Shown here one piece after another: positions 1 through 12,437 of a stretch of 34,647 bases of DNA. Location of the stretch: the NCBI GenBank assembly GCA_037442825.1, contig JBBIPN010000004.1, positions 1-34,647 on the forward strand, given 5' to 3'. The stretch's first letter is position 1. Every line of letters starts with the position of its first letter. The translations under genes were made by a program, and so were the position numbers. The stretch comes from Sulfurihydrogenibium sp. GTDB taxonomy: Bacteria > Aquificota > Aquificia > Aquificales > Hydrogenothermaceae. Under the pieces are notes generated by a model that was not told where the DNA came from, made no database searches, and was given only the letters and a program-made list of their open reading frames with translations.

Positions 1-2262
1 CTCTTTTGATAAGATGGCAAAACCTTTTTTAAAAGGTAAAAGTTTTCCATCCCTTGTTCTTGCACCTTCAGGAAAAATAACAAGATTTTTACCTTCTTTT
101 AATAGATAAGCTGATTTTTGTAATGAAGCTTTTAAATCTTTATTAACATTTACAATTAAAATATTAAAATTATTAGCGATAGACTTTCTAAATTTTGAAT
201 TGAAATATGTTTCTTCTGCTAAAAAGTATGTATTTTTAAGTATATCTGATGATAAAGAAGCTAAAAGTAGAAAGCCATCAAGAAAGCTTTGATGATTAGG
301 AGCAAAAATTACAGGAGATTTTGGAATGTTTTCTAAACCTTCAATTTCTAATTTATTATATACCCTAAAGATATAATAAAATATAGGTTTTATAAGTCCT
401 AAGTACCCAGGTTTTATGCTTACTTTTATCGGTTGATTTAAAACGTCTTTCCAGTTTATATCCCTGTACTGGATGGTTTGTTTTTTCTCTTCTATATATC
501 TTGAAATCTTTTCAACTGTTTGATAGTTAACTAAATCCTTTTCATCTATTGAAATACCAAATGTATTTTCTAAAAAAGTAATAAACTCTATTTTTCCAAG
601 GGAATCTAAACCAATATCTATTTCTAAATGGGCATCAGGGTATATTTTTAATCTCGTATACTTTTCTAAGTAATTTTTTATTATCTTATAAACTTCAGTA
701 TCTGGTTCTTTTATCTGTCTTGGTTTTTCGACACTTTCTAAAAATTGATTTAACATAAATCTTCTAATTTTACCAAGTCTTGTTTTTGGAAGTTCTTGAT
801 TTACTATTTTAAATCCACCTATCCTTTTATAACTAACTGCTTGTTGATTGTATTTATCAATAACGTTCCACTTTATTGTTTCTTCAATATTTACAATATT
901 TTTTTTCTTTACAACATCAAGATCTGGGTATACAACTGCAAAAAGTTGGTTATATTTTTGAATAATAGCTATCTCTTTTACAATATTAAACTCTTTTAGT
1001 ATTTTACTTTCTATCTCTTCTGGGTTTATATTCTTTCCATTTGGTAAAACTATTATCTCTTTTTTTCTTCCTGTTATGTAGAGGTATCCTTCTTTATCAG
1101 TATAACCAAGGTCACCTGTCTTAAAGTAGCCATCTATAAATGCATTTTTTGTTTCTTCTGGTTTATTTAAATAACCAACAAATACATTATCACCTTTAAC
1201 TAAGACTTCTTCATCTTGGATTTTAACTTCAACAGATTCTATAGGTTTTCCTACACTTCCAAGTTTTACTTTATTTGGCGGGTTAAATGATATAATAGGT
1301 GAAGTTTCTGTTAAACCATAACCTTCTATAACTGTAAATCCTAAATTTTCGAAATCTTTAGCTATCTGGATATCAAGTTTTGCACCACCTGATACAAAAT
1401 ATTTAATATTTCCACCAAAAACATCATGAACTTTTCTAAATATTATCTTTTTAAATTTTTTAGATTTAACTATAAGTGAAGCTTTATATATTGTTTTCAA
1501 TAAAGTACTACTGTTTATTTTTTCGAATATCCTTCTATGGAAGAGAGAGTAAAGTCTTGGAACACCTATTAAGATAGTTATTTTATATTTTTGAAATTTT
1601 TCTAATATATCTTCAGGAGATAGTTTATCTAAAAATACTATTGTAGCTTTCAAATGTAGCGGAATAAGCATAGAAACCATAAGTGGATAAGAGTGGTGAA
1701 ATGGTAAAATTGCCAATGTTAAGTCTTCACTGTTTGCTATATTTACTTTTTCAATGCTTTTTATATTAGAAAGAAGATTTTTATATGTAAGCATAACACC
1801 TTTTGGCATTCCAGTAGTACCAGATGTGTAAAGTATTAAAGCAACATCTTCATATTTTGAAGGAAATGATATATTGTCTATGTTTTCTTTTGTACTAATG
1901 TTTATATCTTCAAAAACAAATATTTTTATATCAAAATCTATATTTTTTAACGCCTTAAAAACAATGTCTTTATTATTTGCTGAAGTGAAAATATACTTTG
2001 GTTTACTATCATTTAGTATATATGTAAGTTCTTCTTCATTTGACATAAAATCTATTGGAGTATTTATTCCATCTTTTAACCATATAGCAAAAAATGTATA
2101 TATCCATTCAGGTCTATTTTCACTGAAAATCGCAACTTTATCTGTAGGATTTATATCTAAAAGTTTACTATAATGAAATATATTATTTATAAGCTGTTTA
2201 TAACTTATCTTTTTTCCTTTGTATATTAAAGCTGTTTTGTTTAAAGGTTTTAAATTTATCAT
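1..2262 (-). CDS. Long-chain acyl-AMP/CoA ligase + acyl carrier (PP-binding) + PlsC-type acyltransferase fusion; 3' end runs off the window
   Basis: Not in the ORF track (no stop within the window). Manual translation from ATG 2262: MINLKPLNKTALIYKG... AMP-binding motifs YTSGTTGMPKG (~1830-1798), GYGLTETSP and FKTGDLG. Phosphopantetheine motif IGLDSLG (Ser codon 603-601). Acyltransferase motifs PNHQSFLD (~300-277) and IFPEGARTRDG (~78-46). The four motifs with coordinates were checked to lie in the same frame. Confidence 0.93.
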   Translation of the reverse strand, partial: MINLKPLNKTALIYKGKKISYKQLINNIFHYSKLLDINPTDKVAIFSENRPEWIYTFFAIWLKDGINTPIDFMSNEEELTYILNDSKPKYIFTSANNKDIVFKALKNIDFDIKIFVFEDINISTKENIDNISFPSKYEDVALILYTSGTTGMPKGVMLTYKNLLSNIKSIEKVNIANSEDLTLAILPFHHSYPLMVSMLIPLHLKATIVFLDKLSPEDILEKFQKYKITILIGVPRLYSLFHRRIFEKINSSTLLKTIYKASLIVKSKKFKKIIFRKVHDVFGGNIKYFVSGGAKLDIQIAKDFENLGFTVIEGYGLTETSPIISFNPPNKVKLGSVGKPIESVEVKIQDEEVLVKGDNVFVGYLNKPEETKNAFIDGYFKTGDLGYTDKEGYLYITGRKKEIIVLPNGKNINPEEIESKILKEFNIVKEIAIIQKYNQLFAVVYPDLDVVKKKNIVNIEETIKWNVIDKYNQQAVSYKRIGGFKIVNQELPKTRLGKIRRFMLNQFLESVEKPRQIKEPDTEVYKIIKNYLEKYTRLKIYPDAHLEIDIGLDSLGKIEFITFLENTFGISIDEKDLVNYQTVEKISRYIEEKKQTIQYRDINWKDVLNQPIKVSIKPGYLGLIKPIFYYIFRVYNKLEIEGLENIPKSPVIFAPNHQSFLDGFLLLASLSSDILKNTYFLAEETYFNSKFRKSIANNFNILIVNVNKDLKASLQKSAYLLKEGKNLVIFPEGARTRDGKLLPFKKGFAILSKE

Positions 2263-2282
2263 TATATTTCAATATGATATAA

Positions 2283-5371
<3,089 letters not shown>

Positions 5372-5374
5372 AAG

Positions 5375-6379
5375 TTGAGAAAATTCTATATGCCGCCAGA
5401 ATGGTACAAACATAAAGGAACATGGCTTTCTTATCCCTACAATCCTGAAACATTTTTTGAAAAGTTAGATAACGTTAGAGATAAATATACTGATATGGTT
5501 AAGTTACTATCAGAATGTGAAGAAGTCCATATAAACGTCAACGATGAAGAAATAGAACAAGATTTAATAAAAAGACTAAAAGATAAAAACGTCAAATTTG
5601 AAAATATATTTATCCATAAATTTCCTACAAATGATGCTTGGTGTAGAGATCATGGAGCTATTATTGTAAAAGATTTAGAAACAAGTAAACCAGTCGCACT
5701 TGATTTTATATTTAATTCTTGGGGCGGTAAATATCCTTATGAACTTGATAACGAAATAGCCAAAAATATGGCTGAATATTTAGGTTATGAGAGAGTAGAA
5801 ACAGGTATGGTTTTAGAAGGTGGGTCTATAGATGTAAATGGAAATGGCTTAGTGTTAACTACAGAATCATGTCTCTTAAATCCAAACCGTAATCCTTATA
5901 TGACAAAAGGAAAGATAGAAGATAATTTAAAAAAATACTTTGGTGTTCATACAGTTATATGGCTTAAAGAAGGTATAGTTGGAGACGATACAGATGGTCA
6001 TATAGACGATATAACAAGGTTTGTAAATGACAGTACTGTTGTTACTGTAATTGAAGAAGATAAAAATGATGAAAACTATGAGATACTAAAAGAAAACTAT
6101 GAAAAATTAAAAGCATATGAAAATTTAAATATAGTAAAATTACCGATGCCTGATCCATTATACTATAAAGGTGATAGACTCCCTGCAAGTTATGCAAATT
6201 TTTATATATCAAATAAATACGTTATAGTACCAATATTTAACTGTGATAAAGATGAAATAGCTTTAGATATACTTTCATCTTTATTTGAAGATAGGGTTGT
6301 AGTTGGGATAGATGCAAGTGATATTGTTGTAGGTCTTGGAACATTTCACTGCTTAACTCAACAGATACCAGAAATATAA
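5375..6379 (+). CDS. aguA: Agmatine deiminase (PAD_porph family)
   Basis: MPPEW, NDAWCRDHG, LEGGSIDVNG, DTDGHID, ASYANF and catalytic GTFHCLTQQ. Confidence 0.93.
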   Translation: MRKFYMPPEWYKHKGTWLSYPYNPETFFEKLDNVRDKYTDMVKLLSECEEVHINVNDEEIEQDLIKRLKDKNVKFENIFIHKFPTNDAWCRDHGAIIVKDLETSKPVALDFIFNSWGGKYPYELDNEIAKNMAEYLGYERVETGMVLEGGSIDVNGNGLVLTTESCLLNPNRNPYMTKGKIEDNLKKYFGVHTVIWLKEGIVGDDTDGHIDDITRFVNDSTVVTVIEEDKNDENYEILKENYEKLKAYENLNIVKLPMPDPLYYKGDRLPASYANFYISNKYVIVPIFNCDKDEIALDILSSLFEDRVVVGIDASDIVVGLGTFHCLTQQIPEI

Positions 6380-6420
6380 TGATTTAAATCATACTGATAA
6401 ACTAATTAAAAAATTAGAAT
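6379..6420 (+). promoter_or_regulatory. Crp/Fnr-like palindrome ATGATTTAAATCAT (6379-6392) plus -10 TAGAAT (6415-6420) upstream of rhodanese
   Basis: Perfect 14-bp palindrome resembling TTGAT-N4-ATCAA. It is centred at about -41.5 relative to a start site inferred from the -10. Confidence 0.5.
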
Positions 6421-6454
6421 ATTAGAATAAATTAATAAATAAAAGGAGTGAGCG

Positions 6455-6805
6455 TTGTACTTAGATAAAGAGACTTATAAAAAAATCCATATATCTGTTA
6501 AAGAATTAAAAGAAAAGATAGACAAAGGTGAAGATTTTATACTTTTAGATGTTAGAGAACCACAGGAGTATAATTTCTCAAGAATAAAAGAAAAAGAAGC
6601 TATGCTTGTTTCTTTAATGAGTTTGCCAAGGATAATACATAAACTTCCTAAGGATAAAAATATTTACGTATTTTGTAGAAGTGGAAATAGAAGTCTTCAA
6701 GCTACATTATGGTTGTTACAAAATGGTTTTACAAAAGTGAAAAATGTAGAAGGTGGTATATTAGCTTGGTCTGATGAAATAGATCCAACAGTTCCTAAAT
6801 ATTAG
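6455..6805 (+). CDS. Single-domain rhodanese (sulfurtransferase)
   Basis: LLDVREPQEY, active-site loop CRSGNRS and NVEGGILAWSDEIDP (resembles the MoeZ/MoeB C-terminal rhodanese). TTG start with AAGGAG RBS. Confidence 0.92.
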   Translation: MYLDKETYKKIHISVKELKEKIDKGEDFILLDVREPQEYNFSRIKEKEAMLVSLMSLPRIIHKLPKDKNIYVFCRSGNRSLQATLWLLQNGFTKVKNVEGGILAWSDEIDPTVPKY

Positions 6806-8084
6806 GAACTTTCCTTACTTCTATACTTAACTTATGTGCTTCTAAACCTTCTGATTTAGCCATATTTATCGCATGATTAGCAACTCTTTCAAAACCAGAT
6901 TTTGATACATATATAACAGAACTTCTTTTTATAAAGTCATAAACACCTAAAGGTGATGAAAATCTTGCAGCTCTTGATGTAGGGAGTACGTGATTTGGAC
7001 CTAATATATAATCACCAAGTGGTTCTGTTGAATACTCTCCTAAAAATATAGCTCCAGCATGTCTTATTTTCTCAAGGTAATCAAAAGGATTCTTTACAAC
7101 TATCTCTAAATGTTCTGGAGCTATATAGTTTGCAACTTCGCAAGCATCATCTAAACTATCAACTATAAAAATATGACCGTATGTACTTAAAGATTTCTCT
7201 GCTATCTCTTTTCTTGAAAAATCTTTTAAAAGTTTATTGTAAAGTGTATCAACTACATCGTTTGCAAGTTTTTCTGAAGTTGTAATAAGGATTGAAGCAG
7301 CTAATTCATCATGTTCAGCCTGAGATAGTAAATCAGCAGCTACCCATGTAGGATTTGCTGTTTCATCTGCTATAACCAGAATTTCAGAAGGTCCAGCAAT
7401 CATATCTATATCTACTACGCCATACAGATTTTTCTTAGCAAGGGCAACGTATATATTCCCTGGTCCTACAATTTTATCTACTTTTTTAACTGTTTCTGTC
7501 CCAAAAGCCATAGCAGCTACAGCCTGAGCTCCACCAATTCTGTATACTGTTTCTATGCCACATATATAAGCTGCTGCAAGGGTATATTTATTTGGGTTAG
7601 GAGAGCACATAACAATTTCACCAACACCAGCAACTATAGCTGGAACTGCATTCATAATAACACTTGAAGGATAAGCAGCTTTTCCGCCAGGAACATAAAG
7701 ACCTACTATTTCAAGTGGAGTTATCTTTTGACCTAAAATCATACCTTCTTCTTCTTTAAAGAAAGATTTTTCTTTCTGTTGTTCATGGAAGTCATAAATT
7801 CTTTCAAAAGCAACTTCGTATGCCCACCTAACATCATATTCTATAGAATCATAAGCTTTTTCAAGTTCTTCATAAGGTATAATAAGGTCTTCTTTTGTTA
7901 TTTTTACTTTATCAAACTTTTCTGTATACTCTATTAAAGCTTCATTACCTTTTTCTTTAACATTTTTTATAATCTCTTTTACTGTAGGTTCATAGGACTC
8001 TATCTCAAAATCACTTCTTTTAATTAAAAGTTTTAAATCTTTATTTTCTTTATAATATTTTCTTCTTAAATCAACTATTTTCAT
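6795..8084 (-). CDS. hisD: Histidinol dehydrogenase
   Basis: [47 protein letters not shown] and GPNHVLPT. Confidence 0.99.
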   Translation of the reverse strand: MKIVDLRRKYYKENKDLKLLIKRSDFEIESYEPTVKEIIKNVKEKGNEALIEYTEKFDKVKITKEDLIIPYEELEKAYDSIEYDVRWAYEVAFERIYDFHEQQKEKSFFKEEEGMILGQKITPLEIVGLYVPGGKAAYPSSVIMNAVPAIVAGVGEIVMCSPNPNKYTLAAAYICGIETVYRIGGAQAVAAMAFGTETVKKVDKIVGPGNIYVALAKKNLYGVVDIDMIAGPSEILVIADETANPTWVAADLLSQAEHDELAASILITTSEKLANDVVDTLYNKLLKDFSRKEIAEKSLSTYGHIFIVDSLDDACEVANYIAPEHLEIVVKNPFDYLEKIRHAGAIFLGEYSTEPLGDYILGPNHVLPTSRAARFSSPLGVYDFIKRSSVIYVSKSGFERVANHAINMAKSEGLEAHKLSIEVRKVPNI

Positions 8085-8095
8085 ATTAATCTCCT

Positions 8096-8356
8096 TTATT
8101 TTTTAGTTCCACATATATAACAAACACCTTCTTCTGTTTTTGCCCAATGTTTTTTACCTGCTGGTACTTCCAGTATCTCACCAGCTTTTAGATGATAAAC
8201 TCTCTCTTCAGTGCCAATTGTAATAGAACCTTCTAAAATAAATCGTACTTCATCATAGTAATGATAGTGCCAGTCATAATATGTTCCGGGACTATCACAC
8301 CATTTATAAATATTATCATAACCAAGTTGTTTTAACTTTTCTATATATTCTTTCAT
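8096..8356 (-). CDS. Small cupin-domain protein
   Basis: Cupin motifs WHYHYYDEVRFILEG and GEILEVPAGKKHWA. Confidence 0.85.
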   Translation of the reverse strand: MKEYIEKLKQLGYDNIYKWCDSPGTYYDWHYHYYDEVRFILEGSITIGTEERVYHLKAGEILEVPAGKKHWAKTEEGVCYICGTKK

Positions 8357-8365
8357 AGTTTTATA

Positions 8366-9124
8366 TTAACTTAAATTTGGAAAATTTTCCAGTAGATTCC
8401 ACACATATTTGGTATATTTTTTCTCTTTTGGATTTTCATATACTATTAGTGGTGGTTCTACTATTTCACCACCTTCTTTAGCCGATTTAGAAGCTTCTAA
8501 TAGAAAGTGGGTTGCTTTCTCTTCTATAGATGGATGTATGAATTTATAACGTTTTGGTTGTAATTTATACTTTTTTAAAACAGAGATAGTCTCAGAAAAT
8601 CTATCAACAACATTTATAATAAAAAGTTTACCTTTGTTTTTAAGTAAATACCAACTTCCATATATAAAATCTTCTAAGTTTGCTGTAACTTCACTTCTTG
8701 CAATCTTCTCTTGTACATTACTATAACGTCCTTCTTTAAAATATGGTGGATTTATTACAACATAATCAAAAAATTGATGAGGATATTGACCTTTAACATC
8801 TTTAACATTGCAGCATATAAGATTAACATCTACGTTATTTATAATGAAATTTCTTTTTGCAATATCACACATCTCTTCCTGAACTTCTAAAGCATAAAAT
8901 TTTAAGTTTTTGTATTTAAGGTTTGTAAGTATAGGTATTATGCCGCTTCCCGTTCCGATGTCTATAAGATTTCCAGATGATTTTATATTTAAAAAATCTA
9001 CAACTAAAAGACTGTCTATATTAAATCTATAACCTTCTTTTTTTTGAATTATTTGAACTTTCCCCCTAATAAAGGGGGAGATATCCTCGTCTTCTTTTAT
9101 AATATTAAACTTTTGCTGTTGCAA
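8366..9124 (-). CDS. tRNA1(Val) A37 N6-methyltransferase-like SAM-dependent methyltransferase (YfiC/TrmN6 family)
   Basis: Q..GYRFNIDSLL, DIGTGSG and NPPYF motifs. Confidence 0.82.
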   Translation of the reverse strand: MQQQKFNIIKEDEDISPFIRGKVQIIQKKEGYRFNIDSLLVVDFLNIKSSGNLIDIGTGSGIIPILTNLKYKNLKFYALEVQEEMCDIAKRNFIINNVDVNLICCNVKDVKGQYPHQFFDYVVINPPYFKEGRYSNVQEKIARSEVTANLEDFIYGSWYLLKNKGKLFIINVVDRFSETISVLKKYKLQPKRYKFIHPSIEEKATHFLLEASKSAKEGGEIVEPPLIVYENPKEKKYTKYVWNLLENFPNLS

Positions 9125-9509
9125 GGTTTAATAATGTTTCTGCTCTTTGTTTTTGTTTTTCATAATGAGACCTTTCTTCGTCTGTAAGTGATTCACTTTG
9201 AAGTTTGTTATTTGCTTCTTCTAAAAGTTTCTTTTCATTCTCAACATTTATCTCTTCCAGTTGATATGCTTCTTCAACTAAAGCTATAACTTTATCTCCT
9301 CTAACATCTAAGACACCATAAGTTATTGCATACTCTAAAACTTCTCCATCACCTTTTTCTATTCTTAGTTTTCCAGGTGTTATGTTTGTTAAAAGTAACA
9401 TGTGATTTTCAAGTATTCCAATTTCTCCATCTGCTGTAGTGATAACAGTTTGATAAACATCACCACTAAATATACTACCTGTTGGAGTTACAACATCTAA
9501 CTTATACAT
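9105..9509 (-). CDS. atpC: ATP synthase F1 epsilon subunit
   Basis: LDVVTPTG...DGEIGILENH...PGKLRI with a C-terminal helical hairpin. True start is likely ATG 9509 after GGAGG (ORF track extends to 9551). Confidence 0.95.
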   Translation of the reverse strand: MYKLDVVTPTGSIFSGDVYQTVITTADGEIGILENHMLLLTNITPGKLRIEKGDGEVLEYAITYGVLDVRGDKVIALVEEAYQLEEINVENEKKLLEEANNKLQSESLTDEERSHYEKQKQRAETLLNLATAKV

Positions 9510-9539
9510 AATGCCTCCATATTTGAAAATTCTTAGAAA

Positions 9540-9550
9540 ATTATAGCACA
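9540..9550 (-). promoter_or_regulatory. Extended -10 promoter (TGTGCTATAAT) for the atpC-methyltransferase-cupin-hisD unit
   Basis: TGnTATAAT on the minus strand about 30 nt upstream of the atpC ATG, in the divergent atpC/aspS gap. Confidence 0.55.
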
Positions 9551-9590
9551 AATAAGGTTATAATATTTAAAAAAAATTTAGGAGAGGTTA

Positions 9591-11393
9591 ATGGTAGATC
9601 AACTTAGAGATTTTAAAAGAGATTATTACTGTGGAGATTTAAATGAATCAAATATAGGTGAAGAAGTAAGGCTTCTTGGATGGGTAGATACAGTTAGAGA
9701 CCATGGAGGAGTACTATTTATAAATCTTAGAGATAGAGAAGGTATAGTTCAGGTAGTATTTGATCCATCAAAAATAAGTGAAGAACTTTACAATAAAGCA
9801 AAAAAATTAAAAAGTGAGTATGTAATAGGTGTAAGAGGAAGAGTGGGAAAAAGACCTGTTGGTACAGAAAATCCAAAAATGAAAACAGGTAATATAGAAG
9901 TTCATGGAGAAGATTTACTTATACTAAATACATCTAAAGTTTTACCATTCCAAATAGAAGACAATATAAAAGTCAATGAAGAAGTTAGGTTAAAATACAG
10001 ATACTTAGATTTAAGAAGACCTTCTATGCAAAGGAATATTGTACTAAGACACGAAGTTTATCAAGCAGTTAGAGAGTTTTTAGTAGGAAATGGTTTTATT
10101 GAAGTAGAAACACCAATGCTCACAAAATCAACGCCAGAAGGTGCGAGAGATTTTCTTGTACCATCAAGACTTGAGAAAGGAAAATTTTATGCATTACCTC
10201 AATCTCCTCAGCTTTTTAAACAGATATTAATGGTAGCAGGCCTTGAAAGATACTTCCAAATTGTAAAATGTTTTAGAGATGAAGATTTAAGGGCAGATAG
10301 ACAACCAGAATTTACACAGATAGACTTAGAGATGTCTTTTGTCTCACAAGAAGATGTTATGTCTCTATCTGAAGGATTGATACAGTATGTGTATAAAAAG
10401 GTTTTAGGAATAGATATAAAAATACCTTTTAGAAGGATGAGCTATGATGAAGTTGTAAATAAGTATGGAACAGATAAACCAGATTTAAGATATGGATTAG
10501 AGTTGATAGATGTTAGTGATATTGCTAAAGAAGTAGAATTTAAAGTATTTAATGATGCCGTTAAATCAGGAGGTATAGTTAAAGGAATAAATATAAAAGG
10601 TGGTTCTAAATTTTCAAGAAAAGAGATAGATGATCTAACAGAGTATGCTAAAAAGTTTGGTGCGAAAGGTATGGCTTGGATAAAGCTTGAAAATGGTGGA
10701 GTAAATTCTCCTATTCTAAAGTTTTTTACAGAAGAACAAAAACAAAGATTGCTAAATAGTATGAAAGGTGAAGATGGTGATTTACTTGTATTTATTGCAG
10801 ATAAAAAAGATATTACCTACAGAGTCTTAGGCTCTTTAAGAAAGTATATAGCTGAAAAGATGAACCTTATAGATAATAGTAAACTTGAATTTTTATGGGT
10901 AGTAGATTTTCCTTTATTTGAATGGGATGAAGAAGAAAATAGACTTGTCGCAATACATCATCCATTTACAAGTCCAAAAGATGGAGATATATATAGATTA
11001 GATGAAGCATTAAATAATCCAGAAATAGCACTTACTTTTAAATCAAAGGCATATGATATGGTATTAAACGGAGAAGAGATAGGTGGTGGATCTATAAGGA
11101 TACATACACCATTTATTCAAGAAAAAATATTCAAACTTCTTGGTATCTCAGAAGAGGAAGCTAATGAAAAATTTGGATTTTTAATAGAAGCATTATCTTA
11201 TGGAGCACCTCCTCATGGTGGACTTGCTTTTGGTCTTGATAGAATTCTTGCATTGATAACTGGAAGTGAAAGTATAAGGGATGTTATAGCATTTCCAAAA
11301 ACACAGAAAGGTGTTTGTCCATTAACAGGTGCACCAGATTTTGTTTTTGAAAAGCAGCTAAAAGAATTAGGTGTTAAAATAGAAGAAGAATGA
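9591..11393 (+). CDS. aspS: Aspartate--tRNA ligase, probably non-discriminating (Asp/Asn)
   Basis: RDHGG, STPEGARDF, LPQSPQLFKQ, FRDEDLRADRQPEFTQ, GAD insert and PPHGGLAFGLDR. Confidence 0.98.
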   Translation: MVDQLRDFKRDYYCGDLNESNIGEEVRLLGWVDTVRDHGGVLFINLRDREGIVQVVFDPSKISEELYNKAKKLKSEYVIGVRGRVGKRPVGTENPKMKTGNIEVHGEDLLILNTSKVLPFQIEDNIKVNEEVRLKYRYLDLRRPSMQRNIVLRHEVYQAVREFLVGNGFIEVETPMLTKSTPEGARDFLVPSRLEKGKFYALPQSPQLFKQILMVAGLERYFQIVKCFRDEDLRADRQPEFTQIDLEMSFVSQEDVMSLSEGLIQYVYKKVLGIDIKIPFRRMSYDEVVNKYGTDKPDLRYGLELIDVSDIAKEVEFKVFNDAVKSGGIVKGINIKGGSKFSRKEIDDLTEYAKKFGAKGMAWIKLENGGVNSPILKFFTEEQKQRLLNSMKGEDGDLLVFIADKKDITYRVLGSLRKYIAEKMNLIDNSKLEFLWVVDFPLFEWDEEENRLVAIHHPFTSPKDGDIYRLDEALNNPEIALTFKSKAYDMVLNGEEIGGGSIRIHTPFIQEKIFKLLGISEEEANEKFGFLIEALSYGAPPHGGLAFGLDRILALITGSESIRDVIAFPKTQKGVCPLTGAPDFVFEKQLKELGVKIEEE

Positions 11394-11762
11394 GAAAAAT
11401 AATTTTTACTTTATCTATGCTTTTTAATCTATCTTTCGCATATGATAATATAGATGCAAAAACGTTTTATGATATTATTCAAAAAGAGAAAGACATTATA
11501 ATTCTTGATGTTAGAACACCAATGGAGTATAAACAGGACGGACATATACAAAACTCTATTTTAATACCTATTCAAGTTATTCCTCAGTATATAAATCACT
11601 TAGAAAAATTTAAAAATAAAAAAATATTGGTTTACTGTAGGTCTGGTAATAGAAGTGCAACAGTAAGTAGATTTTTAGAGCAGGTTGCATTTAAAAAAAG
11701 TTTACAACTTAAAAAACAGAATAGTAGAATAGAAAAGATTAAATCTTCCTGTTGAAAAATGA
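11390..11762 (+). pseudogene. Secreted rhodanese with frameshifted, decayed C-terminus
   Basis: Signal peptide, LDVRTPMEY and CRSGNRS. Removing one A from the A7 run (11693-11699) gives FKKVYNLKNRIVE*KRLNLPVEK-stop, ending in an ATGA overlap with comF. A TAG (11730-11732) sits at the conserved Trp position. Confidence 0.75.
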
Positions 11763-12436
11763 ACGTAAAATTACTTTTTAATGTTTTGTTTCCAAATAAC
11801 TGTGTTTTATGTGAAAACCCTTTTTTGTTTGAATATCAAAATGTTGTATGTGATGAATGTTTGAAAGATATAAAAAAATCTGGAAGTTTCTATTGTAGAA
11901 GTTGTGGAAAAGGTGGAGAGTATTCTGTATGTGATGAATGTGTAAACAATAGAAAATATGAAGATATTGAGGTTTTTACAGATTACTACGAAGTTAAAAA
12001 AATTATCCATGCTTACAAATTTAAAAATTTAAAAGTATTAGCAAAAACATTGGCAAACATAATAAGAGAAGACATTGATATCTATGTAAGAGAAAATAAT
12101 ATACAGACCATTTTTTATGTTCCAACATCTGATAAAAAAATAAAAGAAAGAGGTTTTAATCATCTAAAAGAAATATTAAAGTATATTTTTCCAACTTACC
12201 TGATAAACGATTCTTTAATTAAGGTAAAAGAAACAAAAATGCAGATAGAACTTACAAAATCTGAACGATTAAAAAACCTTGAAGATGCTTTTTTATTAAA
12301 ATCTGATTTAATACATGGAAATGTGTTGGTTTTTGATGATATTCTTACAACAGGTTCTACTTTAATGGAAATTTATAAATCCATTAAAGATAAAGTAAAT
12401 GGAAAAATATATGCTTATATAATGACAAAGGCTTAA
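11759..12436 (+). CDS. comF: ComF family protein (Zn-finger + PRTase domain)
   Basis: Four CxxC motifs, ERGFN and VFDDILTTGST. Confidence 0.9.
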   Translation: MNVKLLFNVLFPNNCVLCENPFLFEYQNVVCDECLKDIKKSGSFYCRSCGKGGEYSVCDECVNNRKYEDIEVFTDYYEVKKIIHAYKFKNLKVLAKTLANIIREDIDIYVRENNIQTIFYVPTSDKKIKERGFNHLKEILKYIFPTYLINDSLIKVKETKMQIELTKSERLKNLEDAFLLKSDLIHGNVLVFDDILTTGSTLMEIYKSIKDKVNGKIYAYIMTKA

Positions 12437-12437
12437 G

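Noticed and set aside
796..2173. Short plus-strand ORFs 796-999 and 1874-2173
   Set aside because: They lie antisense to the real minus-strand ligase/ACP/acyltransferase gene.
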